Shown here: piece after piece, positions 11,250-20,687 of the stretch
Position numbering within the stretch: the first letter of the stretch is position 1
Layout: each line of letters opens with the position of its first letter
Assembly (NCBI GenBank): GCA_963662795.1
Contig: OY759746.1
Location: 2,304,001-2,368,000, forward strand
From: Spirochaetia bacterium
GTDB lineage: Bacteria; Spirochaetota; Spirochaetia; CADAEX01
Reading direction: 5' to 3'
DNA length: 64,000 nt
Position numbers and translations under genes: made by a program
The notes under the pieces: generated by a model
The model's database searches: none
What the model was told of the DNA's origin: nothing
Seen by the model: only the letters and a program-made list of their open reading frames with translations

Positions 11250-11348
11250 TTATCTTGCGCTTAATGAAGTGTCATTGAAATCACTGACAAGTGCAAGAAT
11301 AAATGATGATACTGTCAAAACCACTGCCATTACTTCAATAATTAACAT
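11250..11348 (-). CDS. 32-aa hydrophobic small protein (MLIIEVMAVVLTVSSFILALVSDFNDTSLSAR)
   Basis: GGAGG RBS 6 nt before ATG, one TM-like stretch, upstream TTGACG, downstream hairpin; too short for the ORF track. Confidence 0.55.
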   Translation of the reverse strand: MLIIEVMAVVLTVSSFILALVSDFNDTSLSAR

Positions 11349-11540
11349 ATTTTTCCTCCGTTATTATTATATCTATAATATAATAATAACCAATGGTTAT
11401 CGTCAATAAAATATTGATAAAACTATTATTCGTTTATATATAAGCTGTTTTTATACTGAACCTTGTTTTGGAATCCGATCCGGGGGCATTCTTAATTCCT
11501 GGTTTAAGACAAACGAAAATTCGGGCAGGGAATATTATTC

Positions 11541-11569
11541 TTGACCAGTGGAATAAGTGTCCCTATCAT
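11541..11569 (+). promoter_or_regulatory. promoter for a probably leaderless omptin mRNA
   Basis: TTGACC-17 bp-TATCAT, ATG 7 nt downstream, no SD. Confidence 0.55.
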
Positions 11570-11576
11570 ATACATA

Positions 11577-12569
11577 ATGTCAAAACTGCCGGTTAAAGGA
11601 ATCCTGCTCTTTGCAGTAGTTTTATTTTTTTTGCTCCTGCCGCTCTATACCTGGGCTCAGGTCCTGCTTCCTTCTGCTGATAAAAAAAATATTGATATCG
11701 GGGATATTTCCGTTCATCTTAATGCCGGAATGCTTATCGGTACTGCAAATGAATATGTTTACAGCGGTGATTACACCTTAAGCCGGCTGATCTGGGAAAT
11801 AGATAATTTATATATGGCGGGCGGCGGGTTTTCTCTCAATAAAAACGGGCTGATTTCAATGCAGGCTGATTTATGGCTTAAGGTAATGGACGGCAGCGGA
11901 GTGATGGATGATTATGACTGGCTTGCCGGAGATCTTCCGTGGACACACTGGTCGCATCACCCTGATACTGCCGTAACTAAAGGGACAATTTTCGATCTCT
12001 GTTTTGAGATTGCGCCTGATCGGCTTAAGTATGAGTATTTAGGCTTCAGCGGTTTTGCAGGCTACAGGTTTTCAGATTTTAAATGGGAGTCAAGAGGCGG
12101 TTCCTATATTTATTCATCAGTCAACGAGGCAGGGACCGAGCTTACCGGATTCCGTAATCTTTCCGGTGATTTTAAAGACGGGGAGCCTGCAATATCATAC
12201 CGGCAGACATATAATCTCCCTTATCTCGGCCTGGGGGCTGTAGGGCGCTTAGGTAATTTCCGTCTTGCGGCAAAACTTATCGGAAGCCTGTTTGTTTTTG
12301 GAAAAGCGGTTGATAATCATCACATGAGAGATATGGTGACCTATGCCTGGTTTAACTGGGGACAGATGTTTTCTTCAGATCTTTCCGCACAATACTCCAT
12401 TACTCAGCATTCAGCTTTAAAAGCTGCATTCAGCTATTCTGCATACGGAAAACTGCGCGGCGATACTGAATATCACTTTGCCGACGGGAGTGTGATAACA
12501 TATGAAAACGCAGAAGGCGCGGATTTCGAAACAGTAATGTTCTCTCTTTCTTATGTATATGATTTTTAA
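11577..12569 (+). CDS. omptin-family outer-membrane protease
   Basis: signal peptide, SRLIW, catalytic-type MDDYDW, WTHWSHHPDT, DNHHMR, C-terminal YVYDF beta-barrel signal; start moved from TTG 11541 to ATG 11577. Confidence 0.85.
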   Translation: MSKLPVKGILLFAVVLFFLLLPLYTWAQVLLPSADKKNIDIGDISVHLNAGMLIGTANEYVYSGDYTLSRLIWEIDNLYMAGGGFSLNKNGLISMQADLWLKVMDGSGVMDDYDWLAGDLPWTHWSHHPDTAVTKGTIFDLCFEIAPDRLKYEYLGFSGFAGYRFSDFKWESRGGSYIYSSVNEAGTELTGFRNLSGDFKDGEPAISYRQTYNLPYLGLGAVGRLGNFRLAAKLIGSLFVFGKAVDNHHMRDMVTYAWFNWGQMFSSDLSAQYSITQHSALKAAFSYSAYGKLRGDTEYHFADGSVITYENAEGADFETVMFSLSYVYDF

Positions 12570-12834
12570 AGATTTATAATTTCAGTTTGGGCATTAAAAG
12601 AAATTAATTTTAATTGCTGACTCTTCTGCGAATTTCTGCGAAGGTTTGATACTTAGTCGAATATATAAAAATATGCAGTAAGAAATGCTTAATGAAATCA
12701 GAAAATGATGAAGAGGCAAGTATCTGCATCATTGTATAATCAGATTTATTCTCATGAAGTAATTGCGGACGGCTTTTTCAATTCATGTTATAATTGGAAT
12801 ATCTGGCTATAACATGAATTGAGGAGGATCAGCA

Positions 12835-14130
12835 GTGGCCCACCATACCATGAAAAAATCTGCCTATGAAAACCTTACAGACCGTCTTAACCGTTTCCCC
12901 CAGGGGGCTCCTCCGTCAGAGACGCTTTATAAAATCCTTAAAATACTTTTCAGCGAAAAAGAGGCAGGTCTTGCCGCGCTGCTTCCCATAAAACCTTTTA
13001 CTGTAAAAACAGCATCTGAGTGCTGGAAAATGGATGAAAAAGAAACGAGAAAAATCCTTGATGAACTTGCAGGCAGGGCAATACTCCTTGATATGGAGGT
13101 AAAAGGGGAGAGGAGGTATGTGCTGCCTCCCCCCATGGCAGGTTTTTTCGAGTTTTCCATGATGAGGATAAGGGGGGATGTCGACCAGAAGCTTCTTGCC
13201 GAGCTTTTTTATCAGTATTTAAATGTGGAAGAGGATTTTATAAAAGATCTTTTCGCAAACGGGGAGACCCAGCTCGGGAGAATTTTTATAAATGAAGGGA
13301 CACTTTCCCCTGAGAACGCTCTTCATGTACTTGATTACGAGAGAGCAAGCGAGGTTATCAAAACAGCCTCGGCAATCGGGGTGGGGACCTGCTACTGCAG
13401 GCACAAGATGGAACACGCGGGAATGCGGTGCGACGCCCCGATGGATATCTGCATGACTTTCAACACAAGCGCTTCCTCCCTTGTGAGAAGCGGAAACGCG
13501 AGGGGCATTGAGGCATCAGAGTGTCTTGATCTGCTTGACCTTGCGCAGGAGCATAACCTTGTCCAGTTCGGGGAGAATGTGCAGCAGAACGTTAATTTTA
13601 TCTGCAACTGCTGCTCATGCTGCTGCGAAGCGCTGGTTGCCGCCCGCAAATACGGGATGATGCATCCTGTTCACACAACCAACTTTCTACCGGCAGTGGA
13701 CACCTCTTCCTGCACCGGCTGCGGCAAGTGCGTAAACGTCTGCCCTGTCGAGGCGATGGGGCTGGTCTCATCCAGCGATCCTTTAAACAAGAACCGCAAA
13801 AAGGCAAAGGTTGACGAGAGCATATGTCTCGGGTGCGGTGTATGCCTTAGGGTATGCCCTTCAAATTCCTTATCGCTCAAAAGCAGGGAGAAGCGGGTAA
13901 TAACTCCGGTAGATTCAACCCATAAGGCGGTCCTTATGGCAATAGAGCGGGGAAAACTGCAGAACCTTATATTCGATAATCAGCTTCTTTTCAGCCACAG
14001 GGCAATGGCATCTGTGCTGGGTGTAATACTGCGCCTTCCCTATGTGAAACAGCTGCTTGCAAGCGAGCAGATTAAATCGAGGTACCTCGAGAAGATGATA
14101 GAAAACTACAACAGGAAGACTAATCAATAG
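12835..14130 (+). CDS. 4Fe-4S dicluster domain protein
   Basis: CYCRH, ICNCCSCCC and two CxxCxxCxxxCP motifs. Confidence 0.88.
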   Translation: MAHHTMKKSAYENLTDRLNRFPQGAPPSETLYKILKILFSEKEAGLAALLPIKPFTVKTASECWKMDEKETRKILDELAGRAILLDMEVKGERRYVLPPPMAGFFEFSMMRIRGDVDQKLLAELFYQYLNVEEDFIKDLFANGETQLGRIFINEGTLSPENALHVLDYERASEVIKTASAIGVGTCYCRHKMEHAGMRCDAPMDICMTFNTSASSLVRSGNARGIEASECLDLLDLAQEHNLVQFGENVQQNVNFICNCCSCCCEALVAARKYGMMHPVHTTNFLPAVDTSSCTGCGKCVNVCPVEAMGLVSSSDPLNKNRKKAKVDESICLGCGVCLRVCPSNSLSLKSREKRVITPVDSTHKAVLMAIERGKLQNLIFDNQLLFSHRAMASVLGVILRLPYVKQLLASEQIKSRYLEKMIENYNRKTNQ

Positions 14131-14365
14131 TAGATCGGCTGCAGCTAACATTTCCATTATCTTTTGAAATATGTAGTAATAGTAACTATTGTTACAGCCC
14201 ACCTTAACTTTTGTTATGGATGAAAATAACAGAAACATTGAAAACTATTTTTTTATCTGAAACTGTACTGAAAAAATCATGAATAATTTGTTTATCTCTT
14301 CTTAACTGTATTTGGCATTAAAATTGCACATAATCTATTGAAACTGTTACTTCTGTAGAAAATTA

Positions 14366-14394
14366 TTGCAAACTGGGTGTTGTGGGTTCATAAT
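14366..14394 (+). promoter_or_regulatory. candidate promoter of the cas3 operon
   Basis: TTGCAA-17 bp-CATAAT upstream of the cas3 stub. Confidence 0.35.
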
Positions 14395-14472
14395 GACAAT
14401 AATCATATTGAGATGGAAAATGATAAAAATTAATTTTTTCATCAAAGTTAAAAAATATATCAAAGGCACATA

Positions 14473-14763
14473 ATGATTTTTATTGCACATGAGAATCAAT
14501 TACTGAAAGATCATCTTGAAGGGGTATCCAGGCTTTGCCGCAAGAATGCTGAAAAAATCGGTTGTGGGAATTACGGGGAAGTTCTTGGACTTCTTCATGA
14601 TCTTGGAAAATACAGCAAAGAATTTCAGGATTATATAAAATCTGCTGTTGGAATTCTTGACCCGGATGTTGATGAAGATTTTGTTGATGCCAAAGGACTC
14701 AAAGGAAAAATTGATCATTCAAGCTTGGGAAAGGCGATAAATGATAAGAAAAAAAGCATTTAG
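14473..14763 (+). pseudogene. cas3: truncated Cas3 HD-nuclease N-terminal stub
   Basis: IAH..Q.LKDHL, LLHDLGKYSKEFQ, KGKIDHS, then homology ends; lacks the later HD motifs and the helicase. Confidence 0.8.
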
Positions 14764-16945
14764 TATTAACTTAGAAGATGTGAAAGACTATTATGCTCAT
14801 TCAGCTAATGAAAAAGGTGAATGGCATCTACTTAAAGATCATTTAACTTCCACAGCAACTCTTATGAAATCTTTTGCTTGTGAAGATGATTATAAAGAAA
14901 TATTTATGCGAACGGGACTTCTTCATGATTTGGGAAAATATCAGCCAGAATTTCAAGATTATCTGATGAATGGAGGACAACGGGGAAGTGTCCCGCATGC
15001 TGTATGGGGGGCTGCACTTGCTCGAAAATTACAATTACCTGAAATTGCATTTGTAATTGATGGGCATCACAAAGGAATGCCTGACAAAGGTGTTCTACGA
15101 ACTGATACTGAGGAATTTCAGGATGAAACGCATTCTCTTAATACAAAAGTTAAGAAAGAATTCTACCGAGATAGTTCAACTCAAGAATCAGAATTTCTTC
15201 CAATTAGGCTTGGTTTATCATCTTTAGACCGGGAATTATTTGTTCGCTATCTTTTTAGTTCGTTGACAGATTCTGACTGGTTAGATACTGAAAAACATTT
15301 TAACATTGATATTGCAAAAATAAGAAGGCATAGAAAATTAGATTATGATTGTTTAATAAAAAAACTTGAAACAGAATTGTCAGAGAAATCAAAATATGGG
15401 AATATTAATGTCCTTAGAAATTCTGTCAGACAATTTGCACTTTCAAGGTCGGATTCTCCAATAGGTTTCTTTTCTTTGAGTTTGCCAACCGGTATGGGTA
15501 AGACTCTTACCTCAGTATCATGGGCATTGTTCCATGCAAGGAAAAATGATCTAAAACGTATTATTATAGTTCTCCCTTTCGTCAATATCATTGATCAAAC
15601 AGCAAAAGAACTTAAGAGAATTTTTGGAGATGAATGGGTGTTGGAACATCATTCATCCTATAATGAACAAAACAAAGACAACGAATCGATGAAGAGGGAA
15701 ACAAATATAAAAAAATTGGCAACTGAAAACTGGGATTATCCTATAATAGTGACAACTACTGTTCAATTTTTTGATTCCTTGTTTTCTAACAAGCCTAGAA
15801 GATGTAGAAAAGTTCATAATATTTCTGAAGCAGTGGTCATTTTTGATGAAGTTCAAAGTTTACCCAAAGAACTTATTGCCCCGACACTCTCTATTCTTGA
15901 GAGTATTAAGAGTATAATGAAGACATCATTTTTATTTTGTACTGCTACTCAACCAGCCTTTGAAAAACGTGAAGATTTTTCTGAAGGTATAGACGGAATA
16001 CTATCACTGGTAGAAAATCCTGAAGAATTATATAGGAACACAAAACGTGTTAATTATAGAGCCATTAACAATTTTGAACCGTTATCCATTAGGGACCTGT
16101 TGTTTCTAATTGCCAAGGAAAGGCGTTCAATTCTTTCCATTTATAATACAAAAAAGAAGGCTTTAGAGGCTTATAGTAATTCAAAGGAACTTGGGATTTT
16201 GACCTCCCGATATCATCTTTCTACATCTATGTGTCCTGAACATCGGAAACGTGTTATAGATAATATAAAGTCAGATATAAATGAGGGGAAATCAGTTTTT
16301 GTTGCTTCGACACAACTAATTGAGGCTGGAGTTGATCTTGATTTCCCTTGTGTCTTTCGGGAAGCAGCACCTTTAGAATCTGTCATTCAATCAGCAGGTC
16401 GATGTAACAGGGAAGGGAAGCTAAATGAATCTGGCGGATTAGGGGATGTTTTCCTTTTTAGCATTGAAGGAAATACTTTCCCTGACCCATTGTATCAAAC
16501 TCTATCACAATATACGATGGGGCTTCTGAAAAAAGATATTGATCAGTTATATACTTATGATTTCTTTACAAATTATTACGAGAATGTCGTTAAGCTTTTT
16601 GTAGATGCTGATAAGAAGAAGGTCAATGAATCCCGTAAGAACTTCGATTTTGAAACTGTTGCCAATACTTATCACTTGATAGAACAGAATACTACAAGCC
16701 TTTTTATACTAAATTATAACCAGGCTACACGTGATTTTTATGAAAGTGTTAAATATAAGCCATATCTTAGCAAAGAAGAGTATCAATACATGCAATTATT
16801 CAGTGTCCAGGTTTTTGACAACTTTCTAGGTAAGACCGTCGGGCAATGGGAAGAAAAAGAACAGGGATTTTATGTATGGTACGGTTCTTATGATAAGGAT
16901 ACTGGAATTACACCTGATCCTATTTTGACAGATGGTATAGTCTAA
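14741..16945 (+). CDS. cas3: CRISPR-associated helicase/nuclease Cas3 (type I-C)
   Basis: YAHS, HDLGK, GHH, D.DW HD motifs; LPTGMGKT, DEVQ, TATQP, QSAGRCNR helicase motifs. Confidence 0.96.
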   Translation: MIRKKAFSINLEDVKDYYAHSANEKGEWHLLKDHLTSTATLMKSFACEDDYKEIFMRTGLLHDLGKYQPEFQDYLMNGGQRGSVPHAVWGAALARKLQLPEIAFVIDGHHKGMPDKGVLRTDTEEFQDETHSLNTKVKKEFYRDSSTQESEFLPIRLGLSSLDRELFVRYLFSSLTDSDWLDTEKHFNIDIAKIRRHRKLDYDCLIKKLETELSEKSKYGNINVLRNSVRQFALSRSDSPIGFFSLSLPTGMGKTLTSVSWALFHARKNDLKRIIIVLPFVNIIDQTAKELKRIFGDEWVLEHHSSYNEQNKDNESMKRETNIKKLATENWDYPIIVTTTVQFFDSLFSNKPRRCRKVHNISEAVVIFDEVQSLPKELIAPTLSILESIKSIMKTSFLFCTATQPAFEKREDFSEGIDGILSLVENPEELYRNTKRVNYRAINNFEPLSIRDLLFLIAKERRSILSIYNTKKKALEAYSNSKELGILTSRYHLSTSMCPEHRKRVIDNIKSDINEGKSVFVASTQLIEAGVDLDFPCVFREAAPLESVIQSAGRCNREGKLNESGGLGDVFLFSIEGNTFPDPLYQTLSQYTMGLLKKDIDQLYTYDFFTNYYENVVKLFVDADKKKVNESRKNFDFETVANTYHLIEQNTTSLFILNYNQATRDFYESVKYKPYLSKEEYQYMQLFSVQVFDNFLGKTVGQWEEKEQGFYVWYGSYDKDTGITPDPILTDGIV

Positions 16946-16958
16946 AGGAGGTGAAATA

Positions 16959-17711
16959 GTGTTGGATCAAGAGATTGTCAAAGTAAAAGTTGGGGGAGAC
17001 TTTGCTTGTTTTACCAGACCTGACTTGAAGGTTGAGCGTATGACTTATCCATGTATGACCCCTTCAGCTGCACGAGGAATTCTTGATTCCATTTTATGGA
17101 AACCGGAATTTCAGTGGTATGTGAGGAAAATTCTAATTCTAAAGCCAGTGAAATTCTTCTCAATCAAACGAAATGAAATTAATTCAAAACAAGGTGGACG
17201 AATTATAGAAATTGATGCTATTGATGCCAGGGGAAAGCCTCAATTCCGGACTCAACGTAATAGTATAGTCCTGAAAGACGTTTCTTATATCATTGAAGCC
17301 TCAGTATTCCAAAATGGGTTTGATACGAAGAACCCATCAGTTAAGTACACAGAAATGTTTCGCCGTAGAGTACGCAAGGGTCAATGTTATCGACGTCCAT
17401 TCTTGGGAACTCGTGAGTTTTCTGCTGAGTTTGAAGAGGTCAATGATGCGGACGTCCCCATAAATGAGATAATACCTGTTGGCAGTATGGTTTTTGATAT
17501 TTTTTATGATGAACAGGGAAAACCCTCTCCACTCTTTTTCTATGATGTTGCTGTTATTAATGGAGTACTGAATTGTGAAGTTCCTGAAAATGTTGTCATG
17601 ATGACGTCCAGCCATTTTCGTCCACCCTTGGATGATGAAATTTCTGCAGTTCTTTATGGATTCAACCAGCAAGAAGATAAAGATGAAGTTCAGGAGGTTG
17701 GAGATGATTAA
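16959..17711 (+). CDS. cas5: type I-C Cas5 (Cas5d)
   Basis: GDFACFTRP..KVER..Y..MTPSAARGIL..I.WKP; PFLGTREF. Confidence 0.95.
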   Translation: MLDQEIVKVKVGGDFACFTRPDLKVERMTYPCMTPSAARGILDSILWKPEFQWYVRKILILKPVKFFSIKRNEINSKQGGRIIEIDAIDARGKPQFRTQRNSIVLKDVSYIIEASVFQNGFDTKNPSVKYTEMFRRRVRKGQCYRRPFLGTREFSAEFEEVNDADVPINEIIPVGSMVFDIFYDEQGKPSPLFFYDVAVINGVLNCEVPENVVMMTSSHFRPPLDDEISAVLYGFNQQEDKDEVQEVGDD

Positions 17712-19557
17712 AGAGCTAAGTGAACTAGGAAAACAGTTAAGAGAAGAACAAAGCAAAGAGAAACTTATTCATGACGCGATTAAATATGAACCAATGTCAA
17801 TTGACCTTATAATAAATGAAGATGGTTCATTTGATTCTTTTCTTGTTTTTCCTCAAAAAATGACTCCTGCTGAGGCTATAACTGCAAAAAAGGGTAAAGC
17901 CCGTTTACTTCTTGATAAAGCAGAAGAAGTGTTATGCTTTAAAAGTGAAATTTTTATAGAAGAATTAAAGAAAAAACCTGATTCGGAAAAGAAGGTAGCA
18001 CAATATTTGAAAGGTGTTGAATCGAAACATCAACTTTTCATTAATAAGCTCAAAGAGTATAACGATTTACAAATATTGGGTCCTATTTTTAAGTTTTATT
18101 TTGACAACAAAAGTCAGGGGATTGATAAGGCCCTTGAAGCCTTTTTCAACCAGGTCGAAATAAAACAACAAGGAGGCAATATAGCCTTTAGGTTGGTTAG
18201 TCAACAATGTCGTCTACATGAAGAAACAATTATTTTGCAAACACTAATCAATCGATTTGAGAATACCAAGTCTCCAGATAAAAAATGTTCAATTTGTGGA
18301 TTATCTGAACATCGTGTTGTTGATCTACCTCATGGAACGGTTAAACGAGTTCCCGGCGGTTTATCTGCTGGTAATATTCTTGTTTCCTATAATGAAAATG
18401 CGTTTGAATCATATAATTTAATTGGCAATGAAAATTCCTCAATATGTGTTAATTGTGCCCGTACCTATGTTGAAGGTTTAAACTGGCTTTTAAACAACGG
18501 TACCGAATTATCTAAACAAGATAAAAATGGAAAAACAAAAAAACATTTTCAATTCTCCAATCGAAAAAATTTTGGTTCTGATACTGCAATGGTGTATTGG
18601 ACTCGTGCCAAAAAAGACCTTGATGAGTTGGATTTACTTGAGACTCCTGACGAAAAACAGGTAGACCTACTGATTAATTCCGTTTCAAGAGGAAAAGAAA
18701 CATCAGTTAAGGCAATTAAAGACGATCAGTTTTATTCTTTAACTCTATCCGGGGCAGCTGCACGTATAGCTGTTCGGGACTGGATAGAGTTAAGTCTTGC
18801 TGATTATAAAAAGAATATCGGACAGTGGTTTATTGATATTGCTATTGAATCCTATGGGAAAAAATATTATGCACCATTGTATTGGCTATCGCAGGCCGGA
18901 CAGAATGAAAAAATAAAAAATGATGTTACCTCATCCAGAATAGCAACATATCTTTGGAATGCAGCTCTGAAAGGTTCTCCCCCTCCGATATGGATTCTGA
19001 GTGCTGTGCTTAAAAGGCTTAGGTATATGACCCCAACGGATGATAATAATTCGAAAAAAGAACCAGTAACCAAAGAGCGGGCAGCGTTGATACGTTTGAT
19101 ATTAAATAGAAATTTAAGAGAAGGAGGTCTTCGAATGGAGGAACAGTTAGATAAAGAAAATTTAAGCCCTGCATATATTTGTGGGCAGATATTTGCTGTA
19201 TTAGTTGATATTCAGAGGGCTGCGTTAGGAAGTAACGTTAATGCCGGTATACGTGAGAGGTTTTTCTCCTTTGCATCTGCTACCCCGGCATCAGCATTCG
19301 GCCGTTTGATGAAGTTGTCACAGAATCATCTGACAAAACTCAAGGGAGAAAAGCCAGGTGTTTTTTTTGTTCTTGACAGGGAACTTCAGGAAGTGAATTC
19401 AAAAATACTTAATGCTCAATACCCTGCAATTTTGACATTAGAAGAACAAGGTCAGTTTGCGCTTGGTTATTACCATAAAAAACAGGAAACCTGGAACAAA
19501 ATTCAGAAAAATAAGGAATTAAAAGAAGCTCTTGAAAACGAGGAGGAAGAGAAATGA
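17704..19557 (+). CDS. cas8c: type I-C Cas8c/Csd1
   Basis: CxxC zinc sites, LVSYN..AFESY, LSGAAARIAVR, QGQFALGYY; start at ATG 17704 after GGAGG. Confidence 0.93.
   Translation: MIKELSELGKQLREEQSKEKLIHDAIKYEPMSIDLIINEDGSFDSFLVFPQKMTPAEAITAKKGKARLLLDKAEEVLCFKSEIFIEELKKKPDSEKKVAQYLKGVESKHQLFINKLKEYNDLQILGPIFKFYFDNKSQGIDKALEAFFNQVEIKQQGGNIAFRLVSQQCRLHEETIILQTLINRFENTKSPDKKCSICGLSEHRVVDLPHGTVKRVPGGLSAGNILVSYNENAFESYNLIGNENSSICVNCARTYVEGLNWLLNNGTELSKQDKNGKTKKHFQFSNRKNFGSDTAMVYWTRAKKDLDELDLLETPDEKQVDLLINSVSRGKETSVKAIKDDQFYSLTLSGAAARIAVRDWIELSLADYKKNIGQWFIDIAIESYGKKYYAPLYWLSQAGQNEKIKNDVTSSRIATYLWNAALKGSPPPIWILSAVLKRLRYMTPTDDNNSKKEPVTKERAALIRLILNRNLREGGLRMEEQLDKENLSPAYICGQIFAVLVDIQRAALGSNVNAGIRERFFSFASATPASAFGRLMKLSQNHLTKLKGEKPGVFFVLDRELQEVNSKILNAQYPAILTLEEQGQFALGYYHKKQETWNKIQKNKELKEALENEEEEK
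19135..19557 (+). CDS. cas11: Cas11c small subunit from an internal in-frame start in cas8c (140 aa)
   Basis: AAGGAGGT SD before in-frame ATG (MEEQLDKENLSPAYICG), the known I-C arrangement. Confidence 0.8.
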   Translation: MEEQLDKENLSPAYICGQIFAVLVDIQRAALGSNVNAGIRERFFSFASATPASAFGRLMKLSQNHLTKLKGEKPGVFFVLDRELQEVNSKILNAQYPAILTLEEQGQFALGYYHKKQETWNKIQKNKELKEALENEEEEK

Positions 19558-20417
19558 ATGCTATATCTAATAGGTATGATTTTGTGTATTTGTTCGATGT
19601 AAAAGATGGAAATCCCAACGGAGATCCAGATCAGGCAAATCTGCCAAGAAGTGATGCCGAAAATCAATATGGATTGGTTACCGATGTATGTTTAAAACGC
19701 AAAGTAAGAAATTATGTGATGATAAAGTACGAATTAAAATCTCCTCACGATATCTTCATTCGGCAAAGAGGTGTTTTGGATGAAGAAAAATATCTTAATC
19801 AGATAATTGATGAAGCAAACGGGGCTTCTCCAATAGAGAAAAGAGATAATCTGTCTGAACGTTTTTTTGATATTAGAACATTTGGCGCTGTTCTATCGAC
19901 TGGTGACGATAAAGTAGGCGCCGGCACTATCCGAGGTCCTGTACAGTTTGGGTTTGCCCGATCAGAGGATAGAATATTTCAAGCTGAACATTCAATTACT
20001 CGTTGTGTTGAAACCACAAAAAATGGTTTTGAAAAAAAGATAGAAAAACAGGAATTCCCATCTACTATGGGAAGAAAAGCTACAGTTCCTTATGGGCTAT
20101 ATAGGATGCATGGTTTTGTGTCTGCAATTGATGCCAGAAAAACAGGTTTCTCAGAAGATGATTTAGAATTACTCTGGGAATCTCTTTTAAATGCCTTTGA
20201 ACATGATCATTCTGCTGCACGCGGTGAGATGAATTCCCGAAAACTTATCGTATTCAAGCATGATAGTCATCTGGGAAATGCCCGCTCTGGAGAATTATTT
20301 GATCTTGTAAGAATCAACAAAGTAGAAAAATTACCGAGGTGTTGGACAGATTACAATGTTGATAAGATAAAAACGAATGATTTACCAAAAGGAATTCAAC
20401 TTATTGAGAAGCTTTGA
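19554..20417 (+). CDS. cas7: type I-C Cas7/Csd2
   Basis: NRYDF, GNPNGDPD..NLPR, TDVCLKRKVRN, FFDIRTFGAV, GPVQF, HDHSAARG. Confidence 0.96.
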   Translation: MNAISNRYDFVYLFDVKDGNPNGDPDQANLPRSDAENQYGLVTDVCLKRKVRNYVMIKYELKSPHDIFIRQRGVLDEEKYLNQIIDEANGASPIEKRDNLSERFFDIRTFGAVLSTGDDKVGAGTIRGPVQFGFARSEDRIFQAEHSITRCVETTKNGFEKKIEKQEFPSTMGRKATVPYGLYRMHGFVSAIDARKTGFSEDDLELLWESLLNAFEHDHSAARGEMNSRKLIVFKHDSHLGNARSGELFDLVRINKVEKLPRCWTDYNVDKIKTNDLPKGIQLIEKL

Positions 20418-20445
20418 GAATTACCATAAGCCTGTTAACTTGCTT

Positions 20446-20536
20446 GGGTTCCGGGGCTCTGCCCCGGCGAAGGGGGTGCTGCGGGATCGCCGGGTGAAAG
20501 GCCGGAAGCCCGCAGCAGGGGGAAGGCTTTCCCCCG
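20446..20536 (+). repeat. GC-rich structured repeat, copy A
   Basis: three hairpins: CCGGGGC/GCCCCGG, TGCTGCGGG/CCCGCAGCA, GGGGGAA/TTCCCCC; second copy at 28903. Confidence 0.85.
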
Positions 20537-20613
20537 CAGAATTCCCATGTCGACAGTGCTTGATGCAGGATGTTCCATTTTCCATTTGTAAGATATGCAG
20601 CATAATCAAATGA

Positions 20614-20642
20614 TTGACAGCACCTGAGATGGCGATTATCAT
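20614..20642 (+). promoter_or_regulatory. internal sigma70 promoter for AAA-cas4-cas1-cas2
   Basis: TTGACA-17 bp-TATCAT; the -10 overlaps a GCGATTATCATG direct repeat. Confidence 0.7.
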
Positions 20643-20687
20643 GATATATGCTAACTATATTAGCGATTATCATGGAATTGGGGTTTT

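Noticed and set aside
14200-14345. ATTGAAAC-like words upstream of cas3, as a possible mini-array or CreA/CreR-type RNA
   Set aside because: Only the 3' octamer matches in AT-rich DNA; there is no repeat stem or regular spacing.
20377-20673. Short ORFs across the cas7-ATPase intergenic region
   Set aside because: They are open only because of the GC-rich structured repeat; no RBS or protein-like features.
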